A stretch of DNA of 64,000 nt, taken from positions 4,360 through 68,359 of the forward strand of contig JBJXFF010000201.1 of assembly GCA_046153945.1 (NCBI GenBank). Reading direction: 5' to 3'. A program made the translations under genes and the position numbers. Under the pieces are notes generated by a model, which worked only from the letters and a program-made list of their open reading frames with translations, was not told where the DNA came from and did no database searches. Origin of the DNA: Pirellulaceae bacterium. GTDB lineage: Bacteria > Planctomycetota > Planctomycetia > Pirellulales > Pirellulaceae. Below, piece after piece: positions 9,688 to 19,787 of this stretch; the first letter of the stretch is position 1, and each line of letters opens with the position of its first letter.

Positions 9688-11754
9688 CTACTGCGCGTGT
9701 GGCGGCTTGAGTTGCCATCGTTCGTCGAAGAAGTCAGCGTCGGCGATTTTGCCGGGCCAGACGGAGCCAGGGGGCGTGGTGAGGTCGACGACCGCCCAGT
9801 CGGGGAGCATCGGGACCTGGCGGGCGTTGTTGAGGTAGGCGAAGTCCCGGTAGGTGAAGCTGCTGTTGAGGACGACGTAGCGGTAAGGGAATAGCGGGTT
9901 GGGATAGATGGCAATCAGGGCATGCTTGTCCGCTGGGAATTTGCGGTCCTTCCCTACCGTGATGCTTTCTTTCGTCCACTGGATCGGCAGCTTGTCGGCG
10001 ATTTTTGCGAGGACGCTGTTCGAGCCGGGGTCCCCCCAAAGGACGATGTTCGAGCCTTCCATATCCTGCTGCGTGACATCAACATCATTCTTCACCCGCG
10101 CATTCCCGCGGAACTGCCGCCGCCAATGTTCGATAGCCCGCGTCAATTCGGCCTCGCTCCACTTGCCAGCCATCTCGTTCCAGGGCTTGCCGGTGGGGCG
10201 GACGAAGATGAAGGAGTCAAGAAAAGCGTCGTCGATGGGGCCTTGAAGGCCATGCTTTTTGCGTAGGCCGCCGTCGGAAGGGCGGGGGCCGAGCTTCCAT
10301 TTGCCGTCAGTCTTATGTACGGAGATTTTTAGTGAGCCATCGCTAGATTTTTTGACCTCGCCTATTGACCCTTTTTCCAAATCAGCTGTGCTCAGATTAC
10401 GATCTGGTTTAAATGCTCCAGAGACAAAGGAGACCATTCCTGATCGGAGAACCGAATTTATGTGATCTGCGGGCAGAAAGTCCAAAGTGAGTGCAGAAAC
10501 GCCGTCGGTGTCAAAAACAAGCCATTGGCCGATGGTGGTGAATTGAGTTCTGCCCACCAGCCAGTGCTCGTCGAGTTCGTCGATGACGAGCGACTGCGAG
10601 CGGTTGAATCGCAATGTGGGAGTGACGAATAGATTCGGGCGACCTGACACTCCTAGTTTCGAAAGGTCGCTCATCCGCCTCTCCACTTCTTCCTTACCCT
10701 CCGGATGAATCGAATGCCGCGTCCCTGGCCCAATGACATGCCTTAACTCAATCCCTTCCTTCCACATCGCCGGCTCCATGATGTAAGCGGCTTGCTTTTG
10801 GTTGTCGAGTTCGCCCGAGTAGGCGACGACGGGGCACTGCCGGAGATTGGCGGCCCAACCGGGGCAGTCGTACCATTGCCAAAGTTTCCGCTCCCACCAG
10901 GTCGGCTGGAGGTTCTCTTTCTGAAAGACCTTAAGAAAATCGGGGGTTTCGCTGAACCCCGCGCCGGGGTTGGCGGCGAACCAGCGGTCGGGATAGTGGA
11001 CGGCGAAATGCCAGGCGGACGCCCCACCCATCGAGAAGCCTCGGACGCTGATCCGGTCCTCGTCCACGCGGTAGCGGCGTTTGACGGAGTCGAGAGCCTC
11101 CAGGGCGTCAATCTCTCCCGCGAACTTGGCCGCGTTGCAGTAGCGGCCGTAGGGATGCAGCACGATGGTGTCGTCGGGATTGATCGAGCCAATGTTGTTC
11201 ATCCGGTCCTTGATAAAATTCAGCTCGCTGAGGACCTCTCCGCGGCCGTGAAACCAAAGATCCGTCCGATACCTTTGCGGCCCCTTGGGGTTGTAGCTTT
11301 CCGGAATGACCAGCCCATACGGTTGCACCGAGCCGTCGATTTTGGAGACATAGCCACGAACGACGAGGCCAGTGGCGGTGGTCCAGGGTGCTTCGCCTCT
11401 TTGCAGCAGCCGAGCCCGTTCGAGTCCGATCCCCAGTTGATAGCCGGCAACGCCAAGCTCTTGTGGGTCGAATATCTCTTGATAGACGAGCGCATCGTGG
11501 ACGCTCTTGTAGAAAATCTCTACGTCCGGCCAAAGCTCGCGGCTCTTGTGATCGCTGTTTTTCTTGATTTGATCGATCTGGGTGCGGAGCTTGGCCAGGA
11601 GATCCTCGAGCTCTTTGCGCTGCTCCGCCGGCACTTCGATTCCCAGTTTCGGAACGCGACGAACATTTGTAGGAATATTGTCGGAGGGGCCGTCGGCGAG
11701 GGAAATGGAGAAGGGGAAGAAGAAAACTAACACGGCAAAGAAGATGCGCGGCAT
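9688..11754 (-). CDS. secreted alpha/beta-hydrolase (prolyl oligopeptidase/esterase-like)
   Basis: Signal peptide MPRIFFAVLVFFFPFSISLADG. Nucleophile elbow GFSMGG within RISVRGFSMGGASAWHF. Confidence 0.7.
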   Translation of the reverse strand: MPRIFFAVLVFFFPFSISLADGPSDNIPTNVRRVPKLGIEVPAEQRKELEDLLAKLRTQIDQIKKNSDHKSRELWPDVEIFYKSVHDALVYQEIFDPQELGVAGYQLGIGLERARLLQRGEAPWTTATGLVVRGYVSKIDGSVQPYGLVIPESYNPKGPQRYRTDLWFHGRGEVLSELNFIKDRMNNIGSINPDDTIVLHPYGRYCNAAKFAGEIDALEALDSVKRRYRVDEDRISVRGFSMGGASAWHFAVHYPDRWFAANPGAGFSETPDFLKVFQKENLQPTWWERKLWQWYDCPGWAANLRQCPVVAYSGELDNQKQAAYIMEPAMWKEGIELRHVIGPGTRHSIHPEGKEEVERRMSDLSKLGVSGRPNLFVTPTLRFNRSQSLVIDELDEHWLVGRTQFTTIGQWLVFDTDGVSALTLDFLPADHINSVLRSGMVSFVSGAFKPDRNLSTADLEKGSIGEVKKSSDGSLKISVHKTDGKWKLGPRPSDGGLRKKHGLQGPIDDAFLDSFIFVRPTGKPWNEMAGKWSEAELTRAIEHWRRQFRGNARVKNDVDVTQQDMEGSNIVLWGDPGSNSVLAKIADKLPIQWTKESITVGKDRKFPADKHALIAIYPNPLFPYRYVVLNSSFTYRDFAYLNNARQVPMLPDWAVVDLTTPPGSVWPGKIADADFFDERWQLKPPHAQ

Positions 11755-11861
11755 GGGAGGACCACCAAACTCAAAGACACGAAGAGAGGCAAAGACGCTG
11801 GGGCGATTATACGCGTTTGTGCGAAGCGAGTAGTATCAGGGGGCTGACACCCCCCGCTCAC

Positions 11862-12629
11862 CTATTTGGCACCCATGCGGATGGCACCATCCAGCCGTAG
11901 GATCGCGCCGTTGAACATAACGTTCTCCACGATGTGCCGGGCGAAGGCAGCGAATTCAGCGGGTCGGCCGAGACGAGGTGGGAAGGGGCACTGTTCTTCC
12001 AGCGACTGCTTCACAGCGGGGGGAGCACCCTGCATCATCGCGGTTTCGAAGACACCAGGAGCAATGGCGACGACACGGATGCCAAACTTGGCCAGTTCGC
12101 GAGCGGCGGGGAGGGTCATCGAGGCGACGCCCCCTTTGGATGCGGAATAGGCAGCCTGGCCGATCTGTCCTTCGAAAACCGACACCGAAGCGGTGTTGAT
12201 GATGACACCCCGCTCCCCTTCTTCATTCGGCTCATTGGAGGTCATCGCAGCCGCGGCCAGGCGGAGCATGTTAAACGAGCCGATGAGGTTGATCTGAATG
12301 ACCTTGGTGAACAGTGCCAGATCATGCGGCCCTTCCCGCCCTACAATTCGGCTGCCGGCGAGGATGCCCGCGCAGTTGACGAGGCCATGCAAGCCGCCGA
12401 AATGACTCTTGGCGACATCCACTGCCGCCTGAGCGCTTTCTGGCGAAGTTACATCCGTCTTTTGATAGTAGGTCGTCGCTCCGAGTTCCGCCGCCAAGGC
12501 TTCTCCCCGAGCCTCACTTAAATCGGCAATGACGACGTTGCCACCTGCTGCCGCGAAATTTCGTACTGTGGCTTCGCCAAGGCCGGAAGCACCACCGGTG
12601 ACGAGAAATGTATTGCCGCTAAGTTTCAT
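11862..12629 (-). CDS. short-chain dehydrogenase/reductase (3-hydroxyacyl-CoA dehydrogenase type II-like)
   Basis: TGGASGLG cofactor motif and the YSASK catalytic motif. Confidence 0.9.
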   Translation of the reverse strand: MKLSGNTFLVTGGASGLGEATVRNFAAAGGNVVIADLSEARGEALAAELGATTYYQKTDVTSPESAQAAVDVAKSHFGGLHGLVNCAGILAGSRIVGREGPHDLALFTKVIQINLIGSFNMLRLAAAAMTSNEPNEEGERGVIINTASVSVFEGQIGQAAYSASKGGVASMTLPAARELAKFGIRVVAIAPGVFETAMMQGAPPAVKQSLEEQCPFPPRLGRPAEFAAFARHIVENVMFNGAILRLDGAIRMGAK

Positions 12630-12703
12630 GCCCGGATACTAACCCGAAGCGTCAGCGAGGGAAATAAGCCCTCTCATTCCGCAAGGGATGGTACACTCTT
12701 CGA

Positions 12704-12958
12704 ATGCGAGAGGCCGGAAATTCTTCTGCGCGGGCCTGGGCCATCACTCTTGTGCTGCTGGTCATGCTGGCAATTATCTACCCGCTGTCGATGGGGCCGA
12801 TGTTCTGGATCTGCAAAGACTCAGACGGATCGTTGGAAGACAATCTCAGGGCGAAGACATTTCGCGTGGTTTATCAACCCACAATCTGGATTTGGCGAGA
12901 AGGACCACCACCGATAAGAGATGCGTATCGGCGTTACATTTCAATTTGGATGGATTAA
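12704..12958 (+). CDS. hypothetical small membrane protein
   Basis: ATG verified. One TM helix (WAITLVLLVMLAIIYPL). No family recognised. Confidence 0.4.
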   Translation: MREAGNSSARAWAITLVLLVMLAIIYPLSMGPMFWICKDSDGSLEDNLRAKTFRVVYQPTIWIWREGPPPIRDAYRRYISIWMD

Positions 12959-12974
12959 GAGGCACTTCGATTGT

Positions 12975-13622
12975 TTAACCATCAAGCCTCTTAAACTCCG
13001 CCCGAAAGACCGGCAGTTCGTGCAGCCGCGTTCGCCGCTCAAAGTGTGTGCGATAGTCGAGATCATGCTCGGGAAGCCGTTCGGCAACGTCGAGAGGGCC
13101 AGTGAGAGTGGTTGCCTGAGGAATCAATTCCAGCGTGGATTGAAAATACTCCTCGACGTCGGTCCAAAAGTGAAGCGAACCTCCGGGCGCGAGTGTCCGC
13201 AGGACATCTTTCAAGAATGGCTCGTTCAGAACACGCCGCCGCCGGTGCCGCTTTTTCCACCAGGGATCGGGGAAATAAACATGGACAGCAGCAAGTGACG
13301 AATCGGGAATCCATTTGTTAAAGAGTGCCAGTCCATCGCCGCAAACTGCCTTGGCATTGGGCACAGCCAGCTTCGCCAGCCGTGCAGCAGCAAACCGAGC
13401 GTATTTGAAGGAGATTTCAATGCCGAGGTAGTCTCGCTCGGGATGTGCCTGTGAAGCAGCGGCAAGGAAGAGTCCCTTTCCGCTGCCGACTTCAACTTCC
13501 AGCGGCGCTACACGGCCAAAAAGGGCTGACTGATCGAAAGGAACCGGCAGCGCTTCCGCTTCACGAAAGTGCTGGGAAAGGTCAAGCGCAGGATCAATTT
13601 TCGGAAGAGCGCGGCGACCCAT
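12975..13622 (-). CDS. trmB: tRNA (guanine-N7)-methyltransferase
   Basis: VEVGSGKGLFL...YLGIEI SAM motif and YFPDPWWKKRHRRRR. Confidence 0.9.
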   Translation of the reverse strand: MGRRALPKIDPALDLSQHFREAEALPVPFDQSALFGRVAPLEVEVGSGKGLFLAAASQAHPERDYLGIEISFKYARFAAARLAKLAVPNAKAVCGDGLALFNKWIPDSSLAAVHVYFPDPWWKKRHRRRRVLNEPFLKDVLRTLAPGGSLHFWTDVEEYFQSTLELIPQATTLTGPLDVAERLPEHDLDYRTHFERRTRLHELPVFRAEFKRLDG

Positions 13623-13627
13623 AGCGC

Positions 13628-14155
13628 TTATGCCTGCTGCCGCTTGGCCGTGAATTCTCGCACAGCGTCGACGGGAATTGGAACTCCCTTAAGAATACCT
13701 TCGGCGACGATTTTGTCCTTCACCACGCCCTGAAAGTCGCAAACGATCATGCGTCCACGACGGACCTTGCTCATACGGCACATCACAATCAGCCGGTCGC
13801 CAGGGAGGACGCTATCGCGAAAGCGAACCCCCTCCAAACCCCCAAAGCCGACAATATCCGCTCCGAGCATGTCATACTTCTGGGTCACAAAGCTGCAAAG
13901 CTGGGCAATGGACTCCAGAATGACCACCCCTGGCATCAGGGGGAGGCCAGGCATATGCCCCCGGACCCAGAACTCCTTGTCCGTGACATCTTTATAACCG
14001 ACGCAAGAGACATCCTCCTGATTGGCATAAACCACGGCCGTCAGCTGCTCCATTTCGAAGCGCTGCGGATTGTATTTGCGGATTTCCTCCAGGTCAGCAA
14101 TGGGCCGGCTGAAGTCGATCTGCGAGAGGTCCACCAGGAACTCTTTGTCAGACAC
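13628..14155 (-). CDS. fabZ: 3-hydroxyacyl-ACP dehydratase FabZ family
   Basis: FWVRGHMPGLPLMPGVVILESIAQL hot-dog active-site motif. GTG start. 5-nt gap to trmB. Confidence 0.8.
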   Translation of the reverse strand: MSDKEFLVDLSQIDFSRPIADLEEIRKYNPQRFEMEQLTAVVYANQEDVSCVGYKDVTDKEFWVRGHMPGLPLMPGVVILESIAQLCSFVTQKYDMLGADIVGFGGLEGVRFRDSVLPGDRLIVMCRMSKVRRGRMIVCDFQGVVKDKIVAEGILKGVPIPVDAVREFTAKRQQA

Positions 14156-14182
14156 AACACAATTCCTCTGCGAGGGGCCACA

Positions 14183-14281
14183 TTAGGTGCGGACGAGCTT
14201 CCGTTTGGCCCGGCGGGCCTTGGCATTGGCGGGGCGTTTTCCGCGGTTGGCTTTCTTCAGGACACGATGCGGCTTGGCCAT
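14183..14281 (-). CDS. 32-aa highly basic microprotein
   Basis: MAKPHRVLKKANRGKRPANAKARRAKRKLVRT. ATG 14281 is preceded by GGAGAAAGTC. GC3-rich codons. 27 nt upstream of fabZ. The track shows it only inside a longer 65-aa ORF. Confidence 0.5.
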   Translation of the reverse strand: MAKPHRVLKKANRGKRPANAKARRAKRKLVRT

Positions 14282-14441
14282 GACTTTCTCCAGGATTGCG
14301 GGGAGCCTCGGCACCGCCGCGGGTTGGTGGGAATCTCCTAAGCTACCAATATTGCCCCGGTTTGAGAAGCCTGACCCCACCGAACGAAGTGCCTGCCGAG
14401 TCGGTCTGTCGTGAATTTCGCGGCGAAACTACAATAGAGGG

Positions 14442-15584
14442 ATGACTTTACGTTACTGGACCGCCGGCGAATCGCACGGCAAGACGCTTGTGGCCATGCT
14501 CGACGGCTTTCCAGCCGGTGTCGAGCTTGATATCGCGCCCATCAATGCCGAACTTCGCCGCCGCCAGGGGGGCTACGGCCGAGGGGGCCGCCAGCGGATT
14601 GAAACCGACTCGGTCGAACTTTTGACCGGCATCTGGCGAAACGTGACTTTGGGGAGTCCCATCGCCCTGCAGGTCGTTAACAAGGATTACAAGCTCGAGC
14701 GTCTGGAAGACCTCTCCAGGCCGCGACCGGGGCATGGCGATTTGACGGGGGCAATGAAATATCTCGGTCCGATCCGCGGCGTGCTGGAACGGGCCAGCGC
14801 CCGCGAAACGACGGTCCGGGTCGCTGTCGGCGCGGTGGCGAGACAGTTGCTTTCCAAGTTTGGCATCGATGTAATTGGCTATGTTGTGGAGTTAGGTGGT
14901 ATCAAACTCGAGCCGCAAGCCGGAACATTGGCGGAACGTTTGCAGGTTCGCGATTCCAGCGAAGTCTATTCCCTCGATCCGTCGAGAGACGGTGAGGTCA
15001 AGGCGCTCATTGATGAATGTGGCAAGGAAGGGGACACGCTGGGAGGGATTGTGGAAGTCCGCGTCGAGGGACTTCCGTTCGGGCTGGGAACGCACGCCCA
15101 GTGGGATCTCAAACTGGATGGACGCATTGCCCAGGCCGTGATGGCGGTGCAAGCCATCAAAGGCGTGGAAATCGGCCTTGGATTTGAAGCGGCTCGCCGA
15201 AGGGGTTCGCAGGTTCACGATCCGATTGTGTATGACGAATCCAAGAAACAAACCAACACGCTCGGTTTCGAACGGCCGACAAATAACGCCGGCGGGCTGG
15301 AAGCAGGCATGACCAACGGCCAGCCGCTGGTCGTGCGGGCGGCCAAGAAGCCGATCAGCACGCTGGCCAAGAAGCTTCAGTCGGTGAATCTCGATACAAA
15401 AGCAGCGGAGCCGGCGGATTACGAGCGGAGCGACGTTTGCGCTGTCCCCGCCGCCAGCGTGATTGTCGAAAACGTGGTCGCTTTTGAAGTCGCCCGGGCG
15501 CTGGTTGAGAAGTTTGGGAATGATAGCCTGGCGGAGATGTTGGCGCGGTTTGACTTGTTTCAGAAGATGGCGAGGGAACGGTAA
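14442..15584 (+). CDS. aroC: chorismate synthase
   Basis: MTLRYWTAGESHGKTLVAMLDGFPAG, with full-length family-typical sequence. Confidence 0.95.
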   Translation: MTLRYWTAGESHGKTLVAMLDGFPAGVELDIAPINAELRRRQGGYGRGGRQRIETDSVELLTGIWRNVTLGSPIALQVVNKDYKLERLEDLSRPRPGHGDLTGAMKYLGPIRGVLERASARETTVRVAVGAVARQLLSKFGIDVIGYVVELGGIKLEPQAGTLAERLQVRDSSEVYSLDPSRDGEVKALIDECGKEGDTLGGIVEVRVEGLPFGLGTHAQWDLKLDGRIAQAVMAVQAIKGVEIGLGFEAARRRGSQVHDPIVYDESKKQTNTLGFERPTNNAGGLEAGMTNGQPLVVRAAKKPISTLAKKLQSVNLDTKAAEPADYERSDVCAVPAASVIVENVVAFEVARALVEKFGNDSLAEMLARFDLFQKMARER

Positions 15585-15597
15585 ACCCTCACCCCGG

Positions 15598-15618
15598 CCC
15601 TCTCCCACGGGGAGAGGG
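15598..15618 (+). terminator. GC-rich hairpin after aroC
   Basis: CCCTCTCCC-ACG-GGGAGAGGG, a 9-bp stem 14 nt after the stop codon. No U-tract. Confidence 0.4.
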
Positions 15619-15641
15619 TGTGAATGACACGGATGTAGGCC

Positions 15642-16979
15642 ATGCGTCGATTATCACGGAAGAGCTGGTATCAGGGGGCGTTTCTAGCGTTCTGCGCTGC
15701 CCCTATGCTTCTCGTGGTGGTCTGGATCGCTTCGCGCGCGATAGTTGGAGATGCCAATCTGAGTAAGGAAGATTGGGAACGGGAACTCTCGTCGCGGCTG
15801 GGGGTGACATTCAAGATTGATCGTGTGACGTATCCCCAACTCGGACTCGCGGTACTCAATCAAGTTGAATTGATTGATGCCGAAACTGGCGAGCCGGTTG
15901 CCCGCGCTGCGGCCATCGAGGTGACAAAGACGGCTGACGGGTATGCGATTGAAGCGATCTCGCCGGAGATTGAAGCAGCACAGCTTGGCAGATTCTCGCA
16001 AGTGCTGCATGAACGGCTGCTCTGCCAAGGCATCGGCGGCATCAGCCGGTGCGAATTCGGGGCAAGCGAACTGACACTTCAAGATAAATCTTTTTCGCGG
16101 ACTATCGTCAATCTGAATGGGGCGATGGAACCGACTGATTCAGGTCCTTCGTTATCGGCGTCCTTTCAATGGCCAGATGGTGTCAACGCCGATCACGTCA
16201 TGGAATGGAAGTTGTCGCGGAATCTGGACCTTTCACCTCCGGTGACGAGCATCTCCGTGAATACGGGGAAAGCTCGTCTCCCCTGCCATCTCGCTGCCCG
16301 TATCTGGCCGCCGCTGGAGCGGCTCGGGGAGGAAGCGGAGTTTGCCGGCGAAGTTAACTGGCTGCTCTCGGCGAAGGGTTCCGCAGAGCTACGAGGAACA
16401 TTTTTCGGCGTGAACCTCGATACTCTGGTCAGCGAGCAGTTTCCTCAAGTTCTCAGCGGCAAAGCGGTGGTCCGAATCGAATCTATGAAGATTGACGACG
16501 GCCGGCTGCTGAATGCAATGGGAATCGTGGAAGTCCCAAATGGCGGCCGAGTCAGCCGCTCGCTGCTCATGGCGGCAGCGGAGTATTTGAAGCTGCAAAA
16601 TGAGGCCGGCAACAACGGCAGCGAAGTGCTGCCCTATCGGCGGCTGGCAGTTGGCTTTCGGATCGATGGCTCGCAGTTGCAGCTCAAGGGATCGGCAGAT
16701 GCCGTGACTCCCGGCGTGCTGATTGCCAATCCCACTGCTCCTGTCCTGAAGGCACTGCCCAATCACTCTGCATCCGCAGCAAACCTGGCCCGCGTGCTGC
16801 TCCCCGACAGCCGTGTTCAAGTTCCGCTAGCATCGCAAACGTCGGGGTTAGTACAACTCTTGCCGGTGCCGGATTCGCAGCCAGCTTCTGCTGGAAACGT
16901 GCAGACTGCTCGTGGCTCGCACATTCCCACCCGTCTCTCGCCAGGTGGATCCTCAAAAAGCGTCATTCGCGAGCGTTAG
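15642..16979 (+). CDS. membrane-anchored hypothetical protein
   Basis: ATG verified. N-terminal TM helix (GAFLAFCAAPMLLVVVWIA). No family recognised. Confidence 0.55.
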   Translation: MRRLSRKSWYQGAFLAFCAAPMLLVVVWIASRAIVGDANLSKEDWERELSSRLGVTFKIDRVTYPQLGLAVLNQVELIDAETGEPVARAAAIEVTKTADGYAIEAISPEIEAAQLGRFSQVLHERLLCQGIGGISRCEFGASELTLQDKSFSRTIVNLNGAMEPTDSGPSLSASFQWPDGVNADHVMEWKLSRNLDLSPPVTSISVNTGKARLPCHLAARIWPPLERLGEEAEFAGEVNWLLSAKGSAELRGTFFGVNLDTLVSEQFPQVLSGKAVVRIESMKIDDGRLLNAMGIVEVPNGGRVSRSLLMAAAEYLKLQNEAGNNGSEVLPYRRLAVGFRIDGSQLQLKGSADAVTPGVLIANPTAPVLKALPNHSASAANLARVLLPDSRVQVPLASQTSGLVQLLPVPDSQPASAGNVQTARGSHIPTRLSPGGSSKSVIRER

Positions 16980-16993
16980 CACTCGTTGGAGTT

Positions 16994-17060
16994 CCGGCTT
17001 CAGCCGGTCTGCTGCCTTTTTTAGGACTGGCTGAAGCCAGGACTCCAGCGATTTTTCGTC
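16994..17060 (+). terminator. terminator-like hairpin region
   Basis: CCGGC-TTCA-GCCGG followed by a T-run (17017-17022). GGCTTCAGCC (16996) is also complementary to GGCTGAAGCC (17029), which is followed by GATTTTTCG. Confidence 0.4.
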
Positions 17061-17235
17061 TTGACCCCTGCGCCCAAATACTGACAATTCTGGTTCGTTA
17101 ATCGCCCGGTAATAGGTTTGCAGGCGGCCTTGGTCGCCGGCAGACATGCGGCATCCAGCCCATCGCATGGATTGTGATGGGGCCGCCAGCCGGGCTATCC
17201 CGCCCGCATCACCCGAAGGCAAGGAGGCCTGTAGG

Positions 17236-18741
17236 ATGAAGCCGAATCTCGATCGCGCCGGTATTTCTCTCCGGGACGTGCTGACCAGTGCCCGTTTCGT
17301 GCAAACCCCGGACGTCCGGGTCACTGCTTGTTGCACCAGTCCCGAGGAATGCAGCCCCGGGGATTTGTTCGTCGCGGTCACCGCGGCGAATTCCGACGGC
17401 CATGATTGGGCCGATGAAGCAGTCCGCTGCGGAGCGTCCGCGGTATTGGCCGAAAGGCTGCTGCCGGTAAGTGGACCGCAGGTTGTCGTGGAGGACTCGC
17501 GCGAGGCCCTGGGGGAAATCTGTCAGGCCCTGGTTGGCCGGCCGAGCGATTCGCTCCGAACCATTGGCGTCACGGGGACCAGCGGCAAGACGGTCACGTC
17601 GATGCTCATCGCATCGGTGCTGGAAGCCGCGGGCCAGGCTGTGGGAGTCACCAGCAGCATTGGTTATAGCGACTCCGTAGATCAAGTTTCCGCCAAAGCG
17701 ACGACGCCGAATGCCCCGCTCCTCGCCAAATGGCTTTCCCGCATGACAGAAGCGGGTTGCAGCAGTGCGGTACTGGAACTCTCCAGCCGGGCTTTGGCCG
17801 AACGGCGGGCCGCAGGGGTTGATTTTGATGCAGCCGTGCTAACGAATCTGCGGGAGGCTCATCTCTCGCTCCACGGGTCCAAGGAGAATTACCGCCGGGC
17901 GAAAGAGCGGCTGCTGTCGATGCTCAAGCCGGGTGGCTTTGCCGTGCTCAATGCGGACGACGAAGGAAGCACGGAATTGCTGACGCGGCTCGATGCACCT
18001 GTCCTCACCTTCGGCCTGCAAAGCGATGCCGACGTTACCGGCGAAATCATCCAGCGGCAGCGGAGCGAACAGACTTTCCTGATGACGGCCGGCAACGAAA
18101 CCGTGCCGGTGCGGACCCAGATGATTGGGGACTATCACGTTGCCAATTGCCTGGCGGCGGCAGCGGTGGGACTGACTCTGGGAATCGACGCGCCGACAAT
18201 TGCCCGCGGGCTGGAAGCGGTGGAACGAGTTCCGGGCCGGCTGGAGCGACTGGAATGTGGCCAGAAGTTTGGCGTTTTCGTCGATTCGGCTCGCACACCG
18301 GAGCAACTCGCTTGCACACTGCGGACCCTGCGAAAGAACTCAGCGGGCCGGCTGATTTGCGTCTTTGGCGCTCCCGGCGGGCGGAACAAAAAAGATCGGG
18401 CCGAATTGGGCCGCGTCGCTGAGCGAAGCTGCGACCTCCCCATCATCACCAGCAACGACCCACGCCACGAAGAGCCGCTGCAAATCGCCCACGACATCCT
18501 GGACGGCTTTCAGCGACCAGCCAAGGGACATGTGCTGCCGGGGCGGACGGAGGCAATTCGATTCGCTCTCCTCACGGCCATGCCGGGAGATTGCGTCGTC
18601 ATCACCGGCAAAGGTGAACGCGAAGAGCAGATTGTCGGCAAGCGGCGGCTCATGCACGACGATCGGGCCATCGCTCGTGCCTGGCTCTATCGGCAGGGTG
18701 GGGAAGAACTCCGCAGGCCGATGTTTCGAGTGGTAGGATGA
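17236..18741 (+). CDS. murE: UDP-N-acetylmuramoyl-L-alanyl-D-glutamate--2,6-diaminopimelate ligase
   Basis: GVTGTSGKT P-loop and the SNDPRHEEP motif. ATG 17236 is preceded by AAGGAGG. The track's 30-aa extension is rejected. Confidence 0.9.
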   Translation: MKPNLDRAGISLRDVLTSARFVQTPDVRVTACCTSPEECSPGDLFVAVTAANSDGHDWADEAVRCGASAVLAERLLPVSGPQVVVEDSREALGEICQALVGRPSDSLRTIGVTGTSGKTVTSMLIASVLEAAGQAVGVTSSIGYSDSVDQVSAKATTPNAPLLAKWLSRMTEAGCSSAVLELSSRALAERRAAGVDFDAAVLTNLREAHLSLHGSKENYRRAKERLLSMLKPGGFAVLNADDEGSTELLTRLDAPVLTFGLQSDADVTGEIIQRQRSEQTFLMTAGNETVPVRTQMIGDYHVANCLAAAAVGLTLGIDAPTIARGLEAVERVPGRLERLECGQKFGVFVDSARTPEQLACTLRTLRKNSAGRLICVFGAPGGRNKKDRAELGRVAERSCDLPIITSNDPRHEEPLQIAHDILDGFQRPAKGHVLPGRTEAIRFALLTAMPGDCVVITGKGEREEQIVGKRRLMHDDRAIARAWLYRQGGEELRRPMFRVVG

Positions 18742-18860
18742 CGCAGAGACTCGGAAAACGGGTCAGGATTCGGAAAAAGTGACGCGCCCTCGCTGGCGCG
18801 CCCGGTCAGTATCGGTAAAATTGAAGGGTCAATCAACGCGACTCTTACTGCGACTTTGTT

Positions 18861-19739
18861 ATGGCCATCCCCATCGGTTTTGAGCACATCACGCGCGAGC
18901 AGGAGCTGTTGGCGCCATTCACCTGGTTCCGCCTTGGTGGGAAAGCCCAGTATTTCGCCGAGCCGACGTCGGTGGCGGAGCTGCAAGGGCTGGTGCGACA
19001 GGCGGCCAAGGATGGCCTGGCGGTTCGCATTCTCGGCGGCGGCTCGAATCTGTTGGTGCGAGATGAAGGGGTGAGCGGGCTCGTCATCCATCTCTCGGCA
19101 GCGGCGTTCGGGACTATTGCCATCCAAGGGAAAAAGGTCGTCGCTGGCGGCGGTGCCAAGCTGGGGCATGTGATTTCCACGGCCGTGAGGGAAGGGCTTG
19201 CGGGGCTGGAACAACTTGTCGGCATCCCAGGAACACTCGGCGGCGCGCTGCATACCAACGCCGGATCACATAGCGCTGACATCGGCCAGTGGACGCAGTC
19301 CGCCACGGTGATGACGCGCAAGGGAGACATCGTCACTCGCAAACGGGAAGAGTTGCGCTTTGGCTACCGCGACAGCAGCCTGGACGAATTGGTCGTGCTG
19401 GAAGCGACTCTCGAACTGGAAAAGGGAGACGCCGCGAAGTTGACCAAGCACATGCAACAGCTCTGGATTCTGAAGCGAGCGAGCCAGCCGCTGGGAGCGG
19501 AAGGAGCGGGCTGCATCTTCAAGAATTTCGGGGGCGTGAGTGCGGCCAGCCTGATCGAAGAAGCAGGACTAAAAGGTGCGCGTATCGGCGATGCCGAGAT
19601 TTGCGACCGGAGCCCGAATTTTGTTCTGGCTGGGCCCCGAGCCAAGAGCCGCGACGTGCTGGAATTGGTCGAGCATGTCCGCAAAGTCGTGGCCGAGAAG
19701 ACGGGTACGGAATTGGAAATTGCAATTGAGGTCTGGTAG
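18861..19739 (+). CDS. murB: UDP-N-acetylenolpyruvoylglucosamine reductase
   Basis: FRLGGKAQYF...LGGGSNLLV FAD-binding motifs, with family-typical length. Confidence 0.9.
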   Translation: MAIPIGFEHITREQELLAPFTWFRLGGKAQYFAEPTSVAELQGLVRQAAKDGLAVRILGGGSNLLVRDEGVSGLVIHLSAAAFGTIAIQGKKVVAGGGAKLGHVISTAVREGLAGLEQLVGIPGTLGGALHTNAGSHSADIGQWTQSATVMTRKGDIVTRKREELRFGYRDSSLDELVVLEATLELEKGDAAKLTKHMQQLWILKRASQPLGAEGAGCIFKNFGGVSAASLIEEAGLKGARIGDAEICDRSPNFVLAGPRAKSRDVLELVEHVRKVVAEKTGTELEIAIEVW

Positions 19740-19787
19740 TTCGCAAATACCCGCCTTGGCGGGCTAGCTGACAAGGAGGTCAGCACT

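Noticed and set aside
16953-17381. 142-aa minus-strand ORF overlapping the murE start region
   Set aside because: It overlaps the murE N-terminus and the terminator-like hairpins. No motifs. murE has a strong AAGGAGG-ATG start at 17236.
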